From positions 930,001-994,000 of the forward strand of contig JANJGN010000088.1 of the NCBI GenBank assembly GCA_026770705.1: a DNA stretch of 64,000 nt. The letters run 5' to 3'. Source of the stretch: Isurus oxyrinchus. Taxonomy: Eukaryota. A program made the translations under genes and the position numbers. The stretch's first letter is position 1. Every line of letters starts with the position of its first letter. Below are positions 38,211 to 48,220 of this stretch, piece after piece. The notes below the pieces were generated by a model. It was not told the DNA's origin, searched no databases, and saw only the letters and a list, made by a program, of their open reading frames with translations.

Positions 38211-38989
38211 AACACATAATGAGCAATTCGGCCCATCATGCCTATGATATCTCTTTGGCAGAACTAATCTCACTCTCCTGATATTTTCTGATTGAGCTGG
38301 AAAATGTTTTCCTTTTACTATTTATCCAATTCCCTTTTGAAAGTTACAATGGAATCTGATCCTTCTGTCTCTTCAGGCAGCTGAGTTCCTTTAATTCTAT
38401 CCTGGATAACTGTTGAAAAATGTCCCCACCACTGCGATCAGGCTGACTGGTCAGTAATGTGTGAAATAATCCTGCTTTTAATTTGCTCCCTTAAATCTTC
38501 AAACTACTTTCTCAAAATATCATTCAGAATTTTAAAATCTCTTTCCCCCTGAAGAAAATAAATGAAAACTTCCTTAATGCTAACCAATTAATCTTGAGAT
38601 ATTTTAAATATCCACTGGAGCTAATACATTAAACTGGAATGGGTCTCATACAGTACATTACAGTGCAGCACCAACATCCTACTGCAGTCCTCCTTGCTCA
38701 CACTGACCTGACCCTTTCAACAGCTTTCCAGACCTGCCCAAGCTTTTCCCCGATCGATAAGGGTTAAGACTGTTCTATTGAAATTGTCGGACACAGGGAG
38801 AGAGAGAGAGCAATCTCTTTCCTTTCTTCCTCTTTCCTTCCCTCTGTCTTATCTTTCATCCTCCAGTTTCTTTCCTGTTTAGTTTTATGTTCTCTTCTCC
38901 TTTATCATTTAACCTCTTTCTTTATTCTCTCTCTCTCTCTCCCCCCTTCTCTGCTGAGGGAAAAAGAAAGGAAGGGGAATCCAGTGAGT

Positions 38990-40300
38990 ACATTCGGACA
39001 AGATGCTGATCAATAAGTAACATTCACCCCACACAGGTGCCAGGCAATGACCATCTCCAACAAGAGAGAATCTACCCTCATCCCTTGACATTCAATGGCA
39101 TTGCTGTCGCTGAATCCCCCACTATCAACATCTTGGGGATTACCATTGACCAGAAACTGAGCTAGATCATACTGTGGCTACAAGAGCAAGTTAGATACTG
39201 GGAATCCTGTGGAGAGTAACTCACCTCCAGACTCCCCAACCTGTCCACCATCTACAAGGCACAATTCAGGAGTGTGATGGGATACTCTCCACTTGCCTGA
39301 ATGAGTGCAGCTCCCACAACATTCGAGAAGCTCGACACCGTCCAGGACAAAGCAGCCCCACTTGATTGGCACCTCACCCACAAACATTCACTTCTTCGAC
39401 CACTGACGCACAGTGGCAGCAGTGTGCGTACCATCTAAAAGATGCACTGCAGGAACTCACCAAGGCTCCTCAGACAGCACCTTCCAAACCCACGACCACT
39501 ACCATCTAGATGGACAAGGGCAGCAGACACATGGGGAACACCCACCTCCTGGAAGTTTCTCTCCGAGCCCCTCACCTTCCCGACTTGGAAATATATCGGC
39601 TGTTCCTTCACTGTCGCTGGGTCAAAATCCTGGAACTCCCTCCCTAACAGCGCTGTGGGTGTACCTACACCACAGGGACAAAATTATGGAACTCCCTCCC
39701 TAACAGCACTGTGGGTGTACCTACACTACAGGGGACAAAATCCTGGAACTCCCTCCCTAACAGCGCTGTGGGTATACCTACACCACGGAGACAAAATCCT
39801 GGAACTCCCTCCCTAACAGCGCAGTGGGTGTACCTACACCACAGGGGACAAAATCCTGGAACTCCCTCCCTAACAGCGCGGTAGGTATACCTACAACTCA
39901 CGGACAAAATCCTAGAACTCCCTCCCGAACAGCGCCGTGGATGTCCCTACACCACACAGGGGACAAAATCCTGGAACTCCCTCCCTAACAGCGCTGTGGG
40001 TGTACCTACACTACAGGGGACAAAATCCTGGAATTCCCTCCCTAACAGCGCTGTGGGTGTACCTACACCACAGGGGACAAAATCCTGGAACTCCCTCCCT
40101 AACAGCACTGTGGGTGTACCTACACCACAGAGACAAAATCCTGGACCTCCCTCCCTAACAGCGCTGTGGGTGTACCTACACCACATGGACTGCAGCGGTT
40201 CAAGAAACCAGCTTACCACCACCACCTCTAGGGGCAATTAGGGATGGGCAATAAATGCTAGCCTGACCAGCGAAGCCCACATCCCATAAATGAATGAAAA
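38990..40300 (+). mobile_element. Second-family LINE 3' part with an internal 56-57-bp tandem amplification (about 39620-40185)
   Basis: About 10 copies of caaaatcctggaactccctccctaacagcgctgtgggtgtacctacaccacaggga, single-copy in other family members. Confidence 0.85.
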
Positions 40301-42146
40301 AAGATAACCACTGCAAAAAAGCCATGTCTAAAATCATCTGGGCACAAGAAATGTTTAACTGTCCAGTTTTCAACATCTTTGGTAAAGAAGAATGTGAATT
40401 GGAATCGCACAGACCGAGGTATTTTATTCCAGTTAAATTAACCCCTCACTAAGTGTTTGTGCTCAGTGATGTTAGAATCAAACAATCCAGGCTAGAAGTA
40501 CATCTCGGGTTGTGACACTAAATGGGTGGTTATTGGATCACCCGCCCCTTATAACAGAGCCTGTTATTCAGTTCCATTTCAGTCAGTGGAATTAAATATC
40601 AGGCACTGGGTTTAACAGGCGGCCGGTCTGATACCACCGGTTTCACACCACCACCCGAGACAAATTTCCACTCCACTGAATCCATGTAGATATACGAGGT
40701 GGAATGAAATTCTACTGTGCGCTTTTTCTAGAATTCAGTTGTTTGGGTAAAGTTCTGTGGGGGACATATTGAAATCATCATTGCCCTTTTTATGTTAATC
40801 GAGTAAACGATGCAATTGAAACACACAAATTTCAATCAGATGCAGAAAAATTAGTATAAGTAGATCCTGGGAGAATTTACCGTTCCCAGAAATATTCAGA
40901 GAAATGCAATTCCCTTCACAGAACCTTGGCTCTCCCACCCTGGCCGGTTTAAAGCCACCACTGAAACTCCTTTACCTCGAATAGATCATAAACCTGCCCC
41001 TGAAATAGGATCTTGTTTCCCTCAAGTCGAACTTTAATTTGGGAAACTGTCTCCATCAAAAAGGAGCGATCAGAACTCCCTGAATATTAAACACTTGCTC
41101 CACTAACATTGCGACAAGAAATATTTTCCTTGCCCATTGGATTCCTAGTCAGGGTGATATTTAATTGTTGAGTTCATATATGTCCATGAAATTTCATTGT
41201 TTTAATCCAATAATTGGAAACACTGAAACAGTGATGGGAAAAATATGATATCAATAAATTAACAACTAACAGATCCATTGCTGTTATTGCCCAAGAACAA
41301 TTTGAGCCACACAGAAACCCTTCCAGTTCTCAATCCTTCAGTGTGAGAGCTGATTTTCTGGAGGTGACAGATGATTTAAACTCTCTATTGAGAGCTCGTA
41401 CATCACCGATTGTTAAACAATTATTATTAAAGCACAAATCAAATCTTAACTCAATGAGATACAATCTTATTCCACATGCAGTCTGTTTCCTGTCCGACTG
41501 GACAGTTCACAACTGGTTTATACTGCAAGCTTGTTGGGATGAAGCATTTTTAACAAACACAAAAAGTATTTCTCACTCTGTGTAAACCATTATCCCTCCG
41601 TGATCACTAACTTATCAAGTGAAATACGGAACTTATTCTTTTTACACCTAAAAACTGTTTCAGCAATGGTCAAACAGTAAAAAATAAAATTTTAAACAAC
41701 TGTGACACCAAATATTAAATCACAACACAATTGGATGATGTGTTTTAACTCAGATTATAACAAAATCTTAACCTGCTTGTAAATAGCCGAAAGTCCAAAA
41801 TCACCAAACCTACCCCAACATAACAAGTGTCCTGAAAACTATAATCTGGATCAAGCAGAATATGTTAAGCAGATGCTGGAATCTTTATTATATTACGAGA
41901 ATCAATTCTGCAGTGCTAAATCTTAACTCTTGAGAATAAATCCAATTATCAGATTTCAGCTCCATATACTGGGTATATTCTTGACTCTACAGAAATCCAA
42001 CTCTCTCAGACAGGATCATGTAATTGTTCTAAATATCTCACTGATTTCAGATGAATTATACATTGCACTTGAATTACCAAATTCACTAAAAACAAAAATT
42101 AAAGAAAGTAAATATTAGGCAAGGAAGGAATTGAGAAGTTTCTTAC

Positions 42147-42194
42147 CTGAAGTCACTTCCAGGAAGGTTCCACTCCCCCAGTAATCAAGATAGT
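42147..42194 (-). CDS. IgW: JH segment (YLDYWGSGTFLEVTS)
   Basis: WGxG motif, donor G|gtaaga, preceded by a 23-RSS. Confidence 0.95.
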
Positions 42195-42233
42195 CACTGT
42201 GCTCCATCTCCTCATTGACCCAATACAATAACT
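42195..42233 (-). promoter_or_regulatory. JH 5' RSS, 23-bp spacer
   Basis: CACTGTG (42195-42201), 23 nt spacer, ACAATAACT (42225-42233). Confidence 0.92.
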
Positions 42234-42570
42234 GAACTTGTCCACGATATGTAATAATCTCAGGGTAATGTAAACATAAACTGTGTTTTAACCTGGAACA
42301 GCGTTTCCTGTATCTTAATCTGAAATTCCATCCTAAACCTGTTCCAAATGTATGAATAAATGAAGCATTTTTGCAGTTTTCTTGTGCGCGGACACCAGCT
42401 CCTGCACATTACCAACAAACAGAATCGCCTCCTTTTTGTCTTTTATGTTCCCTGAAATCAACATTTTCCTCCAACAACCCGAGTCAGTGTTTAAATATTT
42501 CACTCTGGGAAACACGAATGTGGAATCCATGGACACAGACTCTGATACACATGGTCATTTGTAGTGAGGG

Positions 42571-42635
42571 AGTTTCTGTCAAGCTCTCTACTGCTGTGGT
42601 TCCATATCACAGTGCTTCACCCCAGATCATAAACC
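42571..42635 (-). other. IgW: D3 segment (ATATGGAAC, 42599-42607) with 12/12 RSS
   Basis: CACAGTG-12-TCATAAACC on the V-facing side; CACAGCA-12-ACAGAAACT on the J-facing side. Confidence 0.88.
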
Positions 42636-42974
42636 ATGGGTATAAGATCCAACCTGAAATAAACTGTCCCAAACAAGCAGCCAGTAGTTTTATTAACTCC
42701 TCAGTCTGTATTCGTGTGTCCCCCATGCACCAGGTGGCAAACTCAGGGTTTTCCAGGACTTTACAGGAAGATGAGATAATCCACAAGGAGTTTTCATTGT
42801 TCTTCATCCTCTCTCTGTTACTCACTGTTCTTTCACCTTTCAAATATCATCTTCAAAGAAAGTTGTTCACACAGCCAGATTATTTAATCGGGATCTGATT
42901 TATATCCACGGGTCAGGAGGTAAAGGTCGGTGATATCGCCCAAAGGGTCCAGTTTAAATAGTTTTCCTGTGACA

Positions 42975-43056
42975 GGTTTTTGAATGGAGGGATCCCCCGT
43001 CTCTCTCACTGTGTCACTCCAGTATAGACACTGTGATCCACACCCGTACATTAACC
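42975..43056 (-). other. IgW: D2 segment (TCTATACTGGAGTGA, 43014-43028) with 5' 12-RSS and 3' 23-RSS; paralogue of D1
   Basis: Heptamers at 43029-43035 and 43007-43013. Same nonamers and spacer lengths as D1, near-identical flanks. Confidence 0.93.
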
Positions 43057-43700
43057 TCCTCCCCTTTCACTGTCACTGAGCCCAGTCACTTCACATTTAA
43101 ACCACACTGACACTGCTACAAGTGAGCAGTCCTGCTCTCGGATTCACACTGACGATGGTTTGGGATGTGATGTTTCAGTGGTTCTGTTACTGGATCAGTG
43201 ATCTGAAGGCCTGGGTTTAATTATCCAGAGAATCCTGAGTTCAATCCCTCTGTGGTAATCTGGGAATTTCGCTTTAAAAATCTGGGGAAAATGCTGGGAT
43301 CAGTAAAAGTGACCATGAAGCTGTTGGATTGTCATAAAAAAACCAACTGGTTCACCCTTGTCTTGAATGAAAGGAAATCCGGTCTAGTCTATAGGTGACT
43401 CCAGTCTCACACTCAATGTGGTTGACTCTTACCTGCCCTCTGAAGGGGTCATTGAGGCTCTCGGTTACCATCATCTTCTCAGGGTAACGAGGGATGGGGA
43501 ACAAATGTCAGACTTGACAGTGACCTCTTCACCCTACAGCTGTTACTCACTCTTGTTTCTGTCTTTCAAATAACATCTTCAAAGAAAGTTGTTCACACAG
43601 CCAGATTATTTAATTGGGATCTGATTTATATCCACGGGTCAGGAGGTAAAGGTCGGTGCTATCGCCCAAAGGGTCCAGTTTAAATAGTTTTCCTGTGACA

Positions 43701-43781
43701 GGTTTTTGAATGGAGGGATCCCCCATCTCTCTCACTGTGCCACGTAGTATAGACACTGTGATCCACACCCGTACATTAACC
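43701..43781 (-). other. IgW: D1 segment (TCTATACTACGTGG, 43740-43753) with 5' 12-RSS and 3' 23-RSS
   Basis: Heptamers at 43754-43760 and 43733-43739. Nonamers ACATTAACC (12 spacer) and TCAAAAACC (23 spacer). Confidence 0.93.
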
Positions 43782-44130
43782 TCCTCCCCTTTCACTGTCA
43801 CTGAGCCCAGTCACTTCACATTTAAACCACACTGACACTGCTACAAGTGAGCAGTCCTGCTCTCGGATTCACACTGACGATGGTTTGGGATGCGGTGTTA
43901 CAGTTTATAGAGATTTTTTTAAACGTGTCCCGAGCCCGAGTTTCTGTCGGCTCCCAGGTTTCCCATCACATCTCCAGCCCAGGAATCCCCAGCGAATAGT
44001 CCCATTCCCATTTCCGGGGGAAGGCAGATCCCAACACAATCAGGATGGGAATAAAGCTGTGCTGATAACTGAGGGTGAGCGATCATTCCTCCCCTTTCAC
44101 TCACTCCCCTGACTGCAGATTCTCTCACTG

Positions 44131-44169
44131 AGTTTTTGTCCCAGTCCAGCCCTGCTTCCTCTCACTGTG
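44131..44169 (-). promoter_or_regulatory. VH 3' recombination signal sequence, 23-bp spacer
   Basis: CACAGTG (44169-44163), 23 nt spacer, ACAAAAACT (44139-44131). Confidence 0.95.
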
Positions 44170-44467
44170 TCCCTCGCACAATAATAGATGGCGGTGTCAT
44201 CCGCTCTCAGATTAGGAATCTTAATGGAGGTTGTGGAAGATTCAGTTGAAAACGTAAATCGACCCTGAACTCCAGGTGCGTAGTAAGTGCTATATCCTTG
44301 GCTGTAAGCAAGTAACCATTCCAGCCCTTTTCCGGGGACCTGTTTCACCCAGCTCATGTAGTAGCTGTTGATATTGTACCCACTCACTGTACAGGACAGT
44401 GTGACAGAGTCCCCCGGCTTTTTCACAGCTGATTTGGGCTGGGTCAGCACGATAGCGGACCAGACAC
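44170..44467 (-). CDS. IgW: IgW VH exon, germline and unrearranged
   Basis: ag acceptor then (G)VWSAIVLTQPKSAVKKPGDSVTLSCTVSGYNINSYYMSWVKQVPGKGLEWLLAYSQGYSTYYAPGVQGRFTFSTESSTTSIKIPNLRADDTAIYYCAR. Conserved C, W, GLEW and YYCAR motifs. Has a conventional FR2/CDR2, so not a VNAR. Confidence 0.95.
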
Positions 44468-44579
44468 CTGTTAATAAAAGAGAAAAAGAAGTTAATAAAC
44501 CCGTTGCACAAAGAGAGGGTCAAAGAGTCTCTGAATAAGCAGCCGCACTGTGTGGGGATAAAGCCACAGGACCCCTCAC

Positions 44580-44625
44580 CTGTCAGACAGAGCAGAAGGA
44601 CACAGAGATAAGGAGCAAACCCCAT
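44580..44625 (-). CDS. IgW: IgW heavy chain leader exon (MGFAPYLCVLLLCLT-G)
   Basis: ATG at 44625, 46-nt hydrophobic signal exon, phase-1 donor G|gtgagg, 112-nt intron before the V exon. Confidence 0.93.
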
Positions 44626-44710
44626 CGCCCTGTGTTTTCAGACACAGACTCAGACACTCCAGAAATCGGCTGCTTCAGGGCGCCTGTGTTTGGAGCTGGA
44701 GTCAGTGCTG

Positions 44711-44718
44711 TTTAAATA
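44711..44718 (-). promoter_or_regulatory. TATA-like box of the VH promoter
   Basis: TATTTAAA about 85 nt upstream of the leader ATG. No ATGCAAAT octamer seen nearby. Confidence 0.55.
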
Positions 44719-44934
44719 GGGAAGTGGAGTGAGTGAGGGTCCCACAGTTTAAACAGCAGCCCCACCCACTGAAACCAGAAGCTCAGCTTCCTGTCCCCGC
44801 CTCCAGCACAGATTTCAATTCTCTACAAGTTATTTATTTATTCAACAGGCAGAGGATCAGCAGCAACAATAGATAAATCACACTTTGTCCTGATCATTTA
44901 TCTCAAAGGTAAACAGTTTGTGTACAACAGATAA

Positions 44935-45700
44935 ACTGAGACACCAGTCAGTGTGAAACTCCCTGAGAGAGGAGGACTGAGGGACACCAGTCAGTGTGAA
45001 ACTCCCTGAGAGAGGGGGACTGAGGGACACCAGTCAGTGTGAAACTCCCTGAGAGAGGAGGACTGAGGGACACCAGTCAGTGTGAAACTCCCTGAGAGAG
45101 GAGGACTGAGGGACAGCAGTCAGTGTGAAACTCCCTGAGAGAGGAGGACTGAGGGACACCAGTCAGTGTGAAACTCCCTGAGAGAGGGGGACTGAGGGAC
45201 ACCAGTGTGAAACTCCCTGAGAGAGGAGGACTGAGGGACACCAGTCAGTGTGAAACTCCCTGAGAGAGGAGGACTGAGGGACACCAGTCAGTGTGAAACT
45301 CCCTGAGAGAGGAGGACTGAGGGACACCAGTCAGTGTGAAACTCCCTGAGAGAGGAGGACTGAGGGACACCAGTCAGTGTGAAACTCCCTGAGAGAGGAG
45401 GACTGAGGGACACTAGTCAGTGTGAAACTCCCTGAGAGAGGAGGACTGAGGGACACCAGTCAGTGTAAAACTCCCTGAGAGAGGAGGACTGAGGCACACC
45501 AGTCAGTGTGACACTCCCTGAGAGAGGAGGACTGAGGCACACCAGTCAGTGTGACACTCCCTGAGAGAGGGGGACTGAGGGACACCAGTCAGTGTGAAAC
45601 TCCCTGAGAGAGGAGGACTGAGGGACACCAGTCAGTGTGAAACTCCCTGAGAGAGGAGGACTGAGGGACACCAGTCAATGTACAGATATCTCCCTGAGAG
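44935..45700. repeat. 43-bp minisatellite, about 17 copies, upstream of the VH promoter
   Basis: gggacaccagtcagtgtgaaactccctgagagaggaggactga. Confidence 0.95.
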
Positions 45701-45719
45701 AGAGATAATGAGACAAAAA

Positions 45720-46370
45720 TATACTTTATTTATAAAATTGGTAAAAGTACATTAAATAACAGTTTAAATTTGATGTCACCAAAAGCACCAGAAGACAGAC
45801 CAGTTTCTTTCAATACAGGACATGAGTTATCTCACGACATTCATCTTTACATTTCATGTCAAACATTGTCTCTGGTTCGTACAGCCTGAGGGGGTTTACA
45901 TGGGTTCCAGCCCCTTGGTAAACTATGCCTGATGTGCGTTAGACAGTGGCCCTTCCCACTGAGCCTTTGTGGCAGATGTCCCAAGATTTAATGCCTTCCT
46001 CAGCAGGTAGTCTGAAGGTCCCAGTCTGCAACACTCGGTCCTGGACAGATCTGTGCACTGGAAAACCAGCAGGTTTCAGACAGACCAAAGAGTGTCTTTC
46101 ACCGAGTTGATGGCCCACCTGCAGCAGTTGATGTTTATCCCACTGTCTGTCCCTGGGAACAGCCTGTAGAACACCGAGTCCTGTGTTACAGATCTGCTCA
46201 GGGTGAATCTTGACACAAAGCACAGCATCTCTTTCCAGACCTACTTTGTAAATGCAGTGGGAGATGGCCTCACCCCCACCACAGTCATCTCACAGGCAGT
46301 GTGCTGAGGCAATGAGCTTCTGTTCATACAGGGAAGGATTTGATGGGAAGGACCCTTCTCATCATCAGCC
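45720..46370 (-). mobile_element. Possible L1/Tx1-like LINE 3' remnant
   Basis: Weak resemblance of the decayed minus-strand frame to a zf-RVT C-terminal region, followed by AATAAA near 45725. Confidence 0.35.
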
Positions 46371-46529
46371 AAGCTACAATAAATGCTGGCATAGCCAGTG
46401 GTGTCCACATGTCAAGAATGAATGAAAAACAGAGGTAACTGAATGGAAGTTGGGTTATAAATTGAGCACAAGTTGTTACAGGGTTAAGACAATAAACATT
46501 ACATTTGTGTGGGAATCGGGAAAGACACC

Positions 46530-48220
46530 TCTCACCATCTTCAGCCAGAAGTGCCGAGAGGGTGATTCTTCTCGGCCTCCTCCTGAGGTCCCAGGCACCA
46601 CAGATGCCAGTCTTCAGCCAATGTGATTACTTTTCTAACATCAAGAAACGGCTGAAGGCACTTTGGATAATGCAAAGGCTATGGTCCCTGAAAATATTCC
46701 GACAATAGTACTGAAGGTTTGTGCTCCAGAACTTGCTGTGCCATTAGCCAAGCTGTTCCAGTACAGCTACAACACTGACATCTACCCGGCTACGTGGAAA
46801 ATTGCTCAGGTATGTCCAGTACGGAAAAAGCAGGACAAACCCATCCCGGCCAATTACCACCCCATCAGTCTACTCTCGATTATCAGTAAAGTAATGGAAG
46901 GGGTCATCATCAGTGCAATCAAGCAGCACTTGCTTAGCAATAACCTGCTCACTGATGTCCAGTTTGGGTTCTGCCAGGGCCACTCAGTTCCTGGCCTCAT
47001 TACAGCCTTGGCTCAAACATGAATAAAAGGGCTGAACTCCAACGGTGAGGTGAGGGTGGCTGCCCTTGACATCAAGGCAGCATTTGACCGAGTGTGGCAT
47101 CAAAGAGCCCTAGCAAAACTGGAGTCAATGGGAATCAGGGGGAAAACTCTGCACTGGTTAGAGTCATACCTCGCACAAAGGAACATGGTTGTAGTTGTTG
47201 GAGGTCAATCATCTTAGCTCCAGGACATCACTGCAGCATTATCTTTGGGTAGTGCCCTGGCCCAACCATCTTCAGCTGCTTCATCACTGACCTTCCTTCC
47301 ATCATAAGGTCAGAAGTGGGGATGTTCACTTTTGATTAGACAATGTTCAGCACCATTCATAAATCCTCAGATACTGAAGCAGTCCATGTCCAACTGCAGC
47401 AAGACTAGGACAGCATTCAGGCTTGTGCTGATAAGTGGCAACTAATATTCGTACCATGCAAATGTCAGGCAATGACCATCTCCAACAAGAGAAAATCTAA
47501 CCATCGCCCCTTGACATTCAATGGCATTACCATCCCCTACTATCAACATCCTGGGAATTACCGTTGGCCGGAAACTGAACTGGACGAGACATATAAATAC
47601 TGTGGCTCCAAAAGCAGCTCAGAGGCTGGGAATCCTGCAATGAATGACTCATCTCCTGACACCCCAAAGCCTGTCCACCATCTACAAGGCACAAGCCAGG
47701 AGTGTGATGGAATAGTTCCCACTTACCTGGATGAGTGCAGCTCCAACAACACTCAAGAAGCTGCACACCATCCAGGCCAAAACAGCCCCGCTTGAATGGT
47801 ACCCCATCCACAAACATTCACTCCCTCCACCACCGACACACAGTAGCAGCAGTGTCAAGATGCATCTACAAGATGCACTGCAGCAACTGACCAAGGCTCT
47901 TTAGGCTTCACTTTCCAAACCCAATGAGCACTACCATCTAGAAGCACAAGGACAGCAGATGCATTGGAACAACACCACCTGGAAGTTCCCCTCCAAGTCA
48001 CTCACCATCCTGGCATGGAAATATATCTCCATTCCTCATTGTCGCTGGGTCAAAATCCTGGAACTCCCTTCCTAACAGCACTGCTGGTGTACCAAACCAC
48101 ACGGGACTGCAGACGTTCAAGAAGACAGCTCACCACCACCTTCTCAAGGGCAACTAGGGATGGGCAATAAATGTTGTACAATCCAGAGAAGCCCACATAG
48201 CATGAATGAATTAAAAAAAA
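46530..48220 (+). mobile_element. Decayed second-family LINE RT and 3' end
   Basis: KAMVPENIPTIVLKVCAPELA...NYHPISLLSIISKVME...QFGF; ends tgaattaaaaaaaa. Confidence 0.85.

Larger units (their letters stand above)
42815..43895. repeat. Tandem duplication containing D1/D2 (offset about 726 bp)
   Basis: About 42815-43170 is nearly identical to 43540-43895, separated by a SINE-like segment. Confidence 0.9.

Noticed and set aside
17363-44625. IgNAR assignment (three Ds, NAR-like last C domains)
   Set aside because: The V has a full FR2/CDR2 with GLEW, there is a CH1 with the light-chain Cys, and Cys-rich short tails are present; all indicate IgW
17363-44625. IgM assignment
   Set aside because: Far more than four C domains, Cys-rich tail exons and a KVQQ rather than KVK cytoplasmic tail
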